Source: Vicugna vicugna
Taxonomy: Eukaryota
Direction: 5' to 3'
Assembly: GCA_013265495.1 (NCBI GenBank)
Contig: MU057801.1
Span: 2,508,765 to 2,572,764 of the forward strand
DNA length: 64,000 bases
The position numbers and the translations under genes are program-made. Under the pieces are notes generated by a model, which worked only from the letters and a program-made list of their open reading frames with translations, searched no databases and had not been told where the DNA came from. Positions 25,401 through 36,600 of the stretch are shown one piece after another (the first letter of the stretch is position 1; each line of letters begins with the position of its first letter).

Positions 25401-27506
25401 CGGACAAGGGAGGAAGCACCAGCCACCCCTCGCGTGGCGCCCCGCAGCCTCCCAGCTCCAGCTGGTTGTGGCTCAGAATCTAGATTGTGCCATGCCCCTC
25501 AGCCTTCTTGAGAAAAGCACCCAGCAGCCCGGACAGTCTCTCCAACTGTCTTCAGGAACAGTAACCTGCCGTCTCTGCTCAGGAAAGCACGCGGAGCGTG
25601 CAGACACGTCCTGGCCCGTTACCCCTCCTCGCGCTCACGTCCACGAGGAGACCAGGCTCCTGTGTGAGGACAGTGCCAGGAGCGACGACGCTGCCCCCTG
25701 GCGGACCCCTCCCCGCGCACGCCCTCTGCAGTGCCGGCAGGGTCCGAGCCCGGCTCCCCCACTCACTGCCCAGCACTCAGCCTCTCCCTCGCCTGGGGCC
25801 ACTCCTGCGGCCCCGCTGAGCTCAGATCAGGATTCAACCCGCGGTCCTGGGCCTACAGACAGATCTTATTTCCAGGGGCAGCTGACTGCAAAAAATGACC
25901 CCAAATGTCTCCCGCTGCCATGCATCCGGGTCTCCAAGGGACGTCACGGCACCACCCGCCACAAGGTGCAGGCTGTCTCCCACCTCTGGGACCTGGGCCA
26001 CGCGCCCAGCTCTGGTCAAGGAGCTCCTGGCTAAGCGACGTGGGCTCGGAAAGCTGTGTGCGCGGGGCCGCCGTGGGCGCCACCAGCTCTGTGAAGAGTC
26101 CTGGGCCAGCCCGGGGCAGGGGCAGGGGAGAGGCTCACGGCCCAGCTGGCCCGTCACCCCTCTCCACAGCCCACCAACCCCAGACGTGGGCGAGGCTCCG
26201 GACAGCCACAGACCGGGACACCCGCCGAGCCCAGGGGACAGCCCTCGGAAGCGTGAGCCAGCAGAGGGTGAGACTCTAAGCCGCCGCGGTTGGGGCAGTT
26301 CTCGCGCAGCAGCGCAACAGGTGCCCTGGCACCACAGAGGCTGCTACCACGCATCCCCCTCCCATCCTCCTCTGCTCGTTCCAAAGTGCCGCGAGGGACG
26401 CAGAGGCGAGACTGCGAACTGGGAGTGGGGATCCCAGCCTGGGCTCTACGCCAGCTCAGCCCACCCGGCGCCGTCTCCGCACCGGAGCATCAGAGGGCGG
26501 CCCCAGGCGGGCGCCGAGCGCTCCGGCTTTCCGGCATTGACACGTCTCCTCCCCCTCCTAAACTCACCACAGCACCCGCCCAGAAACACACCTGGTCTTG
26601 AGTCCCTCTCCCGCTATTTCTGATACCAGCTCACACTTTTCTTAGAGCCTCACCTTTCACATCCACGTGGCACATCTGAGAAGCCGTCCCCTGTGCTCCC
26701 AAGCCCACAAGACTCCTGGCAGAAGACGTGGCCGCATTTCAATTCCTGGATGTTGTCAGTTCAAGACAGAAGATTTAATAACAGATTGTGCAGGGAGAAA
26801 AGAAAAGACTCGGTTAATTACATGGATGTCACATGGGGTCCACCACTCTCCACCATGAGTGTTGCCATCAGCGTGCGACGAGAGTGAGCATTTCACAGTT
26901 CGACCTGAAGGTGGTCCTGGAAGGAGCCCCACTGAGCGGTGGGCACCCCGCGCGGCACTGCAGGGCAGCTCAGAAGCTTGGCCCGGGGTCCGGAGCCTTT
27001 CAGTTCAAGGCATGTTGAGGAGTACTTCCTACTTCAGCTTCTCCTGAAAGCCGTCCAGAAGCCTGACAGCTGGCTGTGCCTGAGTGACGGTTCACAACGC
27101 CGACCTCCCTGAGCTCTGAAGGTTCTGTCATCTCTCCTAAGAGATGAGCATTGCCAAGAAGGTTCCCCGATGCCCAGGAGACCTGGTGACTCCCCTGCGC
27201 TCCACCGCTCCATACCCAACAGCCCTTCGTTTGCTTTCTGATTTCAAAGCTGCATCACAGCTTAGGACTTATGACGACATTCTGAGCAACCACTCAGGAT
27301 GCACACTTCAGAGACACCACCCTATGCGTGCAGCTACCTAGCATTCCAGACCAGCCCAGTGCTCCCAGGAGCCAGGGAGGCCTTCCAGAAGTTTCTGCAT
27401 CTGCCAGGAGCAGGAGACGCCCCTCTCTTCACTGGAGATTCCTGGCTTTGGCCAGTTTCCTATGCAATAAATGGTCACGCCCATTGGGAAACACTGAGAG
27501 ATGTGT

Positions 27507-27664
27507 NNNNNNNNNNNNNNNNNNNNNNNNNNNNNNNNNNNNNNNNNNNNNNNNNNNNNNNNNNNNNNNNNNNNNNNNNNNNNNNNNNNNNNNNNNNNNN
27601 NNNNNNNNNNNNNNNNNNNNNNNNNNNNNNNNNNNNNNNNNNNNNNNNNNNNNNNNNNNNNNNN
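27507..27664. other. Assembly gap (158 N)
   Basis: Run of N. Confidence 1.
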
Positions 27665-27769
27665 AAGAGAAGGAAAAATGCCATACGATATTGCTCATAT
27701 GTGGAACCTGAAAAAAAGAAAAAGAAAAAGGAGGACACGATGAACTTCTCTACAAAACAGAAACAGACT
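27665..27769 (+). mobile_element. Fragment of lineage-specific L1 (ORF2 end/3' UTR)
   Basis: agagaaggaaaaatgccatacgatattgctcatatgtggaacctg...gaacttctctacaaaacagaaacagact aligns by eye to the L1 copy at 53010-53118. Confidence 0.8.
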
Positions 27770-28813
27770 TGCTGCCACCAAGGTGCCCTCTAGATCCCAG
27801 AGCTGCAGGGCTGTGGTCTGGAACACTCAGAAAAGGGTGTGAGCTCCTCCCGCCTGGAAGAACGTCTCAGATGGGAGAGAACTGCCAGCTTACCCAAGTA
27901 AACTCGCTGCCATTCCTGGATCCTTTCCCGACCAGAGCCTTCTGTCATCTGACCCCCTGGGCTCAGCAGATACCATTACACTCATCTGAGGTGCAGAATC
28001 GTTACACCGATTTGCCAGAGGAAGAAGCGGAGGGTTTTTTCAGAAGGCCACCTGAGGTTTCCGCAGCCGCAGGACGCCAGCTCTCGCCTCTGGGTGCACT
28101 CGTGCTGGTCTAGGTTGTGGACTGGCTTTGGGGCCAGCTTTGTTTCCCGAACGAGAGAACTCCAGCCTGGGTTTCAGCTGGGCCTGCCTGTGCCCCAGGG
28201 CGTGGCTGGCAGTTTAAATTGGACTTTTCCAGGTACAGCAGCGGTGGAGCCAGGAAGTCACACAGGTGGATTCAAAGCTCTGATGGTGCCAGCTGGTTCC
28301 GTGGACCCGCGCCTCCACCCAAGTGCCTCCTGCAGGTGCACTGGGACGTAAGCTTTCTCTCCCGGCTGCCAAGGACCCATAGGAGCCAGTCCTGCAAAGG
28401 GAATCTGGAGGCCCCACCTCCAACTCCAGTCCTCTGGAAACCCCACCTGAGGAGACGGGCGAAGGGAGAGGCAGAGGGCTTGGCACCGAGGAGGGTCTCC
28501 TGGGGCACAGCTGACTTTGACACCAGGGCGTGAGCCGGCCAGCACGGCCGCAGGCCCCTGTTGCCTCTGTGCCTGGGGCAGAAACGGGCTCACAGATCCC
28601 TTCCCTGCACCACTTTTGACTCCCTTCCCGGTACTTCATTCTTTCTCTATGAAATCCAAGCTGCAAACACCACTTCCCCCGCGTCCCCCAGCGTTTGCAA
28701 CGCAGGCTATCTTGGGAGGTGCCGGGGCTCCCTCCCTCCCCACTGCCCACTCTGCTCACCAGGATTATGCCCTGCCATCCCCCATCCCCAGCGCTTTCCC
28801 CTCCCCCCACCCC

Positions 28814-28823
28814 NNNNNNNNNN
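28814..28823. other. Assembly gap (10 N, probably a placeholder size)
   Basis: N10 between a C-run and an A/GAAA tract. Confidence 1.
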
Positions 28824-28872
28824 AAAAAAAAAAAAAAGAAAGAAAGAAAGAAAAAGAAAACGCAAAATAAAA
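28824..28872. repeat. Poly(A)/(GAAA)n tract
   Basis: aaaaaaaaaaaaaagaaagaaagaaagaaaaagaaaacgcaaaataaaa. Confidence 0.9.
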
Positions 28873-28874
28873 CC

Positions 28875-30310
28875 CGAGCCGGAGCCGGGGGAGGCCTTTA
28901 GGACCGAGGGGAGCCGTCTCTTCTCGGAGCCTGGCATCGAAGCTGCCCCCCTGGTCCCCGGCGGATGCCTTCTTGCCCAGCCGCTCGCACCCTCACATTC
29001 CCAGACACCGACCCCGGGCCACCTGCCAGACGCGATCCCTCGGGGCCCCGGGGGCCTAGGGCACAGCTGGCGACCGCCTTCGCGCGGGGCCGCTCCCTCC
29101 TCCTCCGCCTCCTCCTCCTCCTCCTCTTTCTCCTAGCTGCCATCCCCCGAGCCCGTGGTCGCCGCCTCCGGCACGCGTGTCTCCAGGCTCGGAAGCCGAG
29201 CGGCGCGCCCTGGGCACCCCTCGCCCACCCGCCGGCCGGGCGCGCGCCGCGGGAGTCTCCCCGCACCCTCCTTTCCTGGGAGCCGGAGGGCCCGGCTCCG
29301 CCCGGTCGCCGCCGCTGGCGAGCTCCAGCCGCCCCAGCCCCCGCCGCTGCCCGGTGCCCGGCGCCCGGCGCTCCAGCACGCGCGGAGCAGCCGGGGGCGC
29401 GGGCGACGAGCGCAAGGCCGGAGAGGCGCGGAGGGAGCGGAGGGGAGGGCCGGGCAGCGGCGGGGGCGGGGACCGGGAGCCGAGGAGCCGAGGAGCAGAG
29501 GCGGGCGCCTCACCGCCCCGCGCCCCGCGCCCTCGCTCCCTCGCTCCCTCCGGAGACGCGCGGGCCGCCGCCTGGGCGCACTAGCGGGTCACCTTGTCCA
29601 GGAGGTAAGTGCCTACCGCCCCGGCAGCCTGGGCAGCGGAGGGGCCGGGGTCAGCGGGCGGGCGCGGGAGGCGGCCCCCGCGCGGGAGGGATTCCTGGCT
29701 CCGCCTCAGAGCGCGCACACCGGCGGCGGCGCGGCGCCCGGGTGAGTCGTGGTGGTCCGGGCGGCGGGACCGTGGAGGCGAGGGGGCGCCAGGTGCCAGG
29801 GAGGGAGGAGCGGGCGATGAAGATGCGGAGGAAGGGGCCGGTGCTGTCAGCCCGGGCTGCAGCTTGGCGCCTCGCCACCCCGGGCGCCCCGGTGGCGCGG
29901 AGGGGCCGCTGTGCAAAGTCGGAGAGAGCTGCTGAGACCGAAACCCGGGAGCGCCGCGGAGCGGGGCTGCCGGGGGCGGTGGAAGCGCGCGGCGGGCATG
30001 TGCTCTGCGGGTCCGGGAGACCCCCTCGAGCGACCCAAAGGAGACCGGCTGGGGCTGGTGAGCGGGGCCGCCGCGGAGCTGGGGACCGAGGTCCATCTGG
30101 GACCGGGAAGGGAAACGGGCTTCGATTCTCCGAACGGAGGGAAAGAGGAAGGCGAGTGTGCAAGCGCGCTGGAGATGGGGACTCTCGACCGGCGACCGGG
30201 ACGGAGGTGGGGACCCCGGGAGCCCCTCGCGCCCGCGAGCTGTCTGATCCCTGGCAGCCGCGACAGCCCGCAGCCCCGGAGCCGCCAGCCCCGCGCTGAG
30301 AGGGGATGAG
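28875..30310. promoter_or_regulatory. CpG island / promoter of an unidentified + strand gene
   Basis: ~1.4 kb of very high GC and CpG density, GC boxes (ggggcgggg ~29463), a (CCT)n run at ~29097-29127, several consensus splice donors. Confidence 0.85.
29400..29604 (+). other. Putative non-coding first exon (start approximate)
   Basis: Ends in a perfect donor GAG|GTAAGT (29605-29610); no ATG between 28968 and 29604; lies inside the CpG island. Confidence 0.6.
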
Positions 30311-33300
30311 GGATGCGCTCTGGGGCTCAAGTTCTCGTCTTGATTTCCCTCGGTATGATTTCTGACCCCTCCTGTGCGCTCTCCCAGCTACAGAGAAAGA
30401 GGCTTGGATTACAGGCAGAATCGGGCACTTTTCCTAGGGTAGGCGCTTTGATGGGGTGTGTCTTCTGCAAGACCCCAGTGGAGTGGACACTTGACAGCCT
30501 TGCCCTGGGGAGGCTGCCAGTGAGGTGGCTTGGCTTTTCTGAAGGACTCGAGGAAGGGGTCCTCTGCTCGCCTTCGTTTCCTTGGGGGTCCCCTTGCAGG
30601 CAGAGGCTTGGGTGCCTAGCTCAGACTTCAGGTGCGCACAGCCCTTCTGCGGCGTCAGCTGTGCTGGCGCCAGCAGGCTCCTGGCCGGACTTGCTGTCTG
30701 CGCCTTGCCTGGCCACGTCCGGGTGTTCAGTGCAGCAGACACTAACCAAGAGCTTGGTTGACTTAGGGGCTGGTGGGGGGGGGGGTCCCAATTGTTAGTC
30801 AGAGTCAGGCTCAGCGGTGAGGCAGGCAGCAGCGTCTGAGTCGGTCCCCCTCCGGCTGGCCAGTGCGTCTGGTCAGAGCCCAGAGGGAGCGGCTGCAGAC
30901 CTGCAGCCGTGGGGCGAGCCGCCTGTAACCAGCCCCAGAGCCGGCCAACTTTTCCTTGCTGAGAGAGACTGCCTGGCAGTCAGTCGGCAGTGGTGCCAGG
31001 ATGTGGTCCCCTGGGGGGCCTGGCTCCATAAATGCTCACAGCGGCCAGAGTGGAGAGCCCCCCGTGGCGGTCTGATGTCCGTTCTGGCTAGGACGGGAGG
31101 TAGCTGGAGCGAATTTTTGCATGAATTACTGCATGCCGTGAGCCTGGTGGTTCTGTGGACTGTCTTTCTGGAGGTCGGACCACAGGCGCAGGCCTGTGAG
31201 ACGCTTGAGGGTCGCCCTTGGTCTCCCCCGACTCCAGCACCCTGGCCCCTTTGTTTGTGGCTGAACTGGTGCCCCCTCCCACCCTGCCCCCACCTTCTGC
31301 ATGAGAATGAAATCATCATAATCAAGAAGGCCTAGTTAAATAAAGGAAAAACTGGGGAAATCTACGTCTAAAGTTGTTTACAGTGGGAAATTTCCATGGT
31401 TCACAAAGGTGGGGTGAACAGTGCACTCAGCCCACAGTGGGCCCCTCACCCTCTCCCCGTTGCCCTCCCCTCTGTCGACACCCTCCCGGAGTCCGGGAGC
31501 TGTGTCTGAGGAAGGATGTGGAAACCCTCCACCTCTAAATGCGGTTGTGACGTTTCATTTCCTTGCCATCCTCAGAAACAGCTTCTTTGAATGATTCCTT
31601 TTTGGGGTTAAAAAGGAAAACTGCTAACATTCCTTGAGGCACAAAGAGGGGAACTGAAGGAGGAGAGAGAATTTCAGATCCTGAGAAAAGAGACATTTGA
31701 AACAATTCTATTTAACTTATATCAGCAGACAGACGTGCCAGGCGGAGTGGGGGGTCGGGTTCGGGTTGAACCAGGATGAGCAAAAGACGTTTTCTTTCGG
31801 TTAAGAAAAAAAACCTTTAAAGCGCAATTAATAAATTGTAAACAATTCGTTTCTTCCTCATTTAGCACAGGCGTAAATTGCACTCACCTTTCTCATTAGC
31901 TCCTAACGCACGTCTTCTCGGGAGTCATTACTGTTATAAGAGAATAAAAGATGTTTTCTTATGTAAGTTTCCCAGGGCAGACAGCAGTCGGTGCTATTCT
32001 GAGGTTGGTGAGAGTATTCCATCTCCGTCAGGGAACACACGATTGAGCGTCACCTGGCACGTCTGAGATGCCCTCTGGAGACCCTGCTCCCTCAGATGGG
32101 TTCCGAGTGTGGGGTCTGCTGGCTGGAGAGGGGTAGCCTGGGCTGGCCTCCAGGGACCGGGGGAGGGTGGCCCCCCACGTGGTCCCCCCACACTGCACAC
32201 CTCTGTGCCTCCCTTTACAGAAAAGCTGTTCCTAAAAATTGTCAGCGACGTGCCTGGAGGATTCAGCCAGACCTCTGAGTACCTTTGTAAGGCGTCCTTG
32301 GCTAAGCTTTTGTGATATGAATGAGCAGCCCACAGGCCGGCAGTTTCATGTCCTCCGACCCCCTGGTAGAACTAGCATGACCCTGAGCCTCTGCCGTTGG
32401 CCTTCTTGGGGCCCATGCACCCTTGTGGCCAAACCCGCCGAGCGCGGCTGGGACCTGTGGTGTGAACACTCACATTGTCAGCAACCTTCTGAGCATGAGG
32501 GGTGCGGGCCCGGCGATTGGAGGACCGGGTGTCGGTCTGTCGGCATCAGCAACACGAGGGGCTGATGAGAAGCAGGACGGCCTGGCCCCTCGATGGGAAG
32601 TCACGGGGCCGTTTGGGGTGAAAGGCGCTGCCACGGGGGACCCTGGAGCCGCAGCCTGGCCCAGCGTCACCGCACCGGCAGCGCTGTGCCAACGCGTCAG
32701 AAACACCGAACGTTAAAGGTTTCGCGTGTTGGGTGCAGCGGACGCTGGAGGAATCTGCCCGCATCTCCAGGTCCGGAGGAGCGCGGCGCGCCGGGTCACC
32801 GGCGTTGGTTTGGCACGTGAGTTTTCTACATTCTCACCGCCAGGTACTGAGACTTCTCAGATTCCTCCCGGGAGTTCACAAACCTGTCTTAAAGGGGAGC
32901 TGCTCTGACTTTTTCAGGCCCCAGGCTGCACCTGGGTGGCCTCAGTGTGGCTTTTCTGTGACACAGGCAGCATGAGGATTGGGTGGGGAGTGAGGAGGGT
33001 GGCTTTTCCCGGCCCGACAGCTTGTGAGGCTCCTGCCGGGAGCCAGGCCTCCGTCTCTGGGCTCTGCTGCTGCCTGCTGCATGACCGAGATCACTTAACT
33101 TTTCTGAGATTCTGTCTCTTTTCATCTGTGCTTCTTTCCAGGATCTTGCAAACAAAATATTTATAGCTGACACAATTTCTTAAAAATGAGACAGACTCCG
33201 GCTTAGGAGCACTGGCGTGTCTTTGGACGCCTCTTTGGGTGAAGGTCGCGTCGCCCGGCTCTCTGAGAACACCGGGTGAGCCCAGCCCTGCCCTGCGCCT

Positions 33301-33507
33301 GCCGCGTCTTGTCAGCAAGGGTCAGAATAGGGCTGGTGCGCCCGGGTCCATGCGGTGTGTCCCCAGGTGGGAGCTTGCCTGGGCGGTGGGAACACTCCCG
33401 CCAGGTGGGTTGCGAGGGGACATCTGGAAAAGGCCCGTGAGCGTTAGCTTACACCTGCGCCTTCAACACAGCTAGACGTGGCCTCACGTCGCGTTGTGAG
33501 AGCTCTG

Positions 33508-33648
33508 GGCGCGGGGCGGGTGTGGCCCAGTGGCAGAGCGTGTTTTGGCGTGCGCGAGGTCCTGGGCACAGTCCCCAGCACCACCACTGAAAATAAGTAA
33601 GCCTCATCATCTCCACCCCCAAATAACTGAATCGTAATTAAGAAAAAA
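33508..33648 (+). mobile_element. Diverged tRNA-Ala-derived camelid SINE with target-site duplication
   Basis: ggggcgggtgtggcccagtggcagagcgtgttttggcgtgcgcgaggtcctgggcacagtccccagcaccacca is colinear with the 22253 copy; tail aaataagtaagcctcatcatctcc; AGCTCTG at 33501-33507 and 33649-33655. Confidence 0.8.
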
Positions 33649-36600
33649 AGCTCTGTAACGCACGTTCTCTAGGACAAAACGCTCTAAAGCAGATTACCAA
33701 CGAGCCGCAAAGCACCACTGACCACACGCGATGATTTACGTTACGAAAGTTGTTTAGCTCAAACGTCCACATCATCTTAAACCCCTTTATCGTAAATAAC
33801 CTGTTAAATTGCATAAAATGAAACGAGATACAACATGTAAGAATCGGGCCCCAAGATAAGTGTTAGAACTAAGACCAGCACGACTGGGAGACAGCACACG
33901 TGTGCAGAAAATGACGCACGCGGAAGCTGCTCCCGAAGGCGCCGCTCAGACCAGCCCAGGGACGCCCCTGCCGCTGGCTCGTGTGGAAGGGGTGGACCTG
34001 GGTTTTCTGGAGAGGTGGGGGTTTTGCTCTTTGGGGCTCCGATCAGTGTTCAGAGGAAAACGTTTCGAGGTGTCAGTTCCCGGTGGCTCTTGTCCATCAG
34101 TCATCTCTGAAGGGCTACAGGGACATTTAGGGGCCGTGACTCCGAGCGAGAGAGAAGGTGGCTGTTTACCGACTGCAGGCTGACGCTGCTCAGCTGAGAT
34201 TCATACCTTAACAGGCGTCACTTGGCGAACACTCGACCTCACTGACGACCACTTTCCAGACGTGCCTCCCGGCTGTTTCCTCCGTGATCTTTCTGCTGGG
34301 AAACGGCAGTGTCCAAAACAAAACCGAAAGATACACAAACATTTCAGAAAATTAGAACCCCCGCCTCAACTTTAAGTCAAAAAGAGTCCCGCAGGGGGAA
34401 GACATCCCACCTCAGACGTGTTGGGGCTTCCAGCTGCTCACGTCGCCCCTCCCTCCACGGGCGCAGCATGCAGCTTTGGGTTCACTCTCCTGATCCTGGC
34501 CCCGCATCTGGGCCACGGGCTCTCAGCTGGTGCAGGGGTTTGCAACGGGGGTTTGCCTCCCAGGATCCCAGGAGGATGAAGTCCCGGGACGGAGTGGGGA
34601 CGCAGCAGCTGGGGTGGGCTTAGGGTCTGTGGGAGCACTAACTCGAGGGGCCCCACGGATGCCCACACCATGCCCCGAAAGATCGCGGCCCGTTCTCCTG
34701 TCATTTGCAGTGTCTAAAATTGACTTGAAATAAAGTGCGTGCCTTCTGTAGCCAACCTCGGCCCCCACCCAGGCATTGTGGGGGGTGAGGTGCTGTGTCC
34801 TGTGGGGCACGCAGGAGAGTTGAGATGAGCCGGGTGGGCCATGTGCTCAGGGCTGAGACTGTCTGAGCACAGGGCCTGGCCCGCGCCTCTGGCTCAGGCG
34901 TCGGGAGATTTCTTTTAAGAGCAAGCCGTCTGCTCCAGACTCCACCCTGTGGGACTCGGACAGGGAGGGGACCCTGCCCCGGGCAAGGCCACCTCTCCCA
35001 GCCCAGCCTCATATGAAGCCATCCCCACTTGTCCCCAAAGCAGCTTTGAGACAGAGACTGTGAGACTCCCGCTGGCGGCCCCGACTCGGCCCAGGGTCCC
35101 TCTCTAGAGACTCAGAGCAGGAGGGCCCTGACCCCACCGCGCTGGGGCCTCTGTGTGACGTTCCTGGCAGGACTGCTGAGCTGGGTGCTCTGCGTGCAGG
35201 CGTGTTAGTGTGAACAGGGGTGCAGAGTGTGTCTGGGGACGTCACAGTCTGATTTAAAACCACGGACGCAAACTGTGCAGAATAAGCACTTTCTTCCTGT
35301 CGCTGCACCTGGAGCGGCTCATTTGCCAAGTCCCGTCCCAGGAAGGCCATGTACTTGGGGCTCTGCGGTCACGGACGTGTTCCTGCCCAGATTCCAGTCA
35401 TCTCTGCGTGCACACCGAGAGGCCAGCCGGGCGGGGGGACCCAGTGCAGCCGTGGCCCCCACGCTGGTGCCCTCTGTCCAATGTTTGATCCGGGTACAGA
35501 GCAGGGCCGTGGTCACCCGTCCACGGACCAGGCACCAGCGTCCATCAGGAAAGTGGAAGCTTTGGAGGTGTCCCTGTGCCCCCTCTTTGCCCCCGACACA
35601 GAAGCTCCTCCAAAGTCACAGGCTGATCCCACTGGCTGATGGGCGGCTGGCCCTGCCTCCCCTGCTGCTCTGTGCACCCAGGACAGGAGCAGCCAAGCTC
35701 CCAGATGGTGCCAGAAAGGGCTTCCCAGTGACCTCGATGGGGGGTTCCCGAGCCGCGGCCCACCCAGAGCTGCTTGTGTCTCGTGGTCCAGCTGCTCCAG
35801 GCCCCGGGCTCCTGCGTGGGTGTCCAGCAGCCTTCAGATTGTCCAGTTAAGAACTGCAGCCACATCCCCCTGTGGGCTGGAGAAACACTGCCCCATGGGA
35901 GGGACCCTGGTCCGTCTGCCATCGCTGCTCCGCTCGGGCACTGGGACACGGGGGAAGAGGAGGATAAGGAAAGAGGCAACCAGCTCCTCCTCCGTGGTGC
36001 TGTGGCCACCCCACCCACCCCGCCCGCTGTTGGGGAGGGACCAGCAGATCCTTCCCAACGCGTCCCAGAGCCTTCCCAGGGCACAGCTCCCGCCTCCAGC
36101 CCGGGTTCCCCATGGCCTCGAGCACCTCTGCTCTGTCTGTGGAGCGGGAGCGCGGCCCCGCTCCTGACAGCCACCCCCAGCTCAGGGCCGTGCTCTGGGC
36201 TTGCCGCGTCAGCCCTCGGGAGACAGCCGTGTGACCTCTCGGGTCCATCCTCGGGGCTAGGGCCCCGCGGCCTGTGTGCACACGGGCGCGTGTAAGCTGG
36301 GCCTGGGGGCCGGCGTCCCAGGTGCAGCACGGCTGCTCTGGGAGTGGGTGACCGTGAGAGGAGGGGGAGGCTCAGCAGGACCGCAGGTTTCGGGACTGGG
36401 GACGTGGCGGGCGGGAGAGGCAGGGAGGGCGCGTCCCAGCGGGGCCGTGGCACACCCTCCCTCTTGGCTGCAGGTGTCCTGGGCCCTTCAGAGAAAACTG
36501 AGGCCGTGGGGCGATGGTGAGCGATGCTGGGGCCCAGGGAGGTGGAGAGCTGGCGGAGGAAGGGCCTCTCTTCTCACGGCTGCGGTGCTCGGACGCCAGA

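Noticed and set aside
28898-29266. Minus-strand ORF with protamine-like MAARRKRRRRRRRRRR
   Set aside because: The poly-Arg is just the (CCT)n repeat read antisense.
28965-30299. 444-aa + strand ORF across the CpG island
   Set aside because: R/G/A/P-rich, no domain, crosses consensus splice donors; long ORFs are expected where high GC makes stop codons rare.
30451-30798. ATG GGG TGT GTC TTC TGC AAG = MGCVFCK, identical to the N-terminus of the Src-family kinase FGR (myristoylation/palmitoylation motif)
   Set aside because: Similarity ends after 7 residues, Kozak context is weak (T at -3), and no SH3, SH2 or kinase exons occur in the next 33 kb; treated as coincidence.
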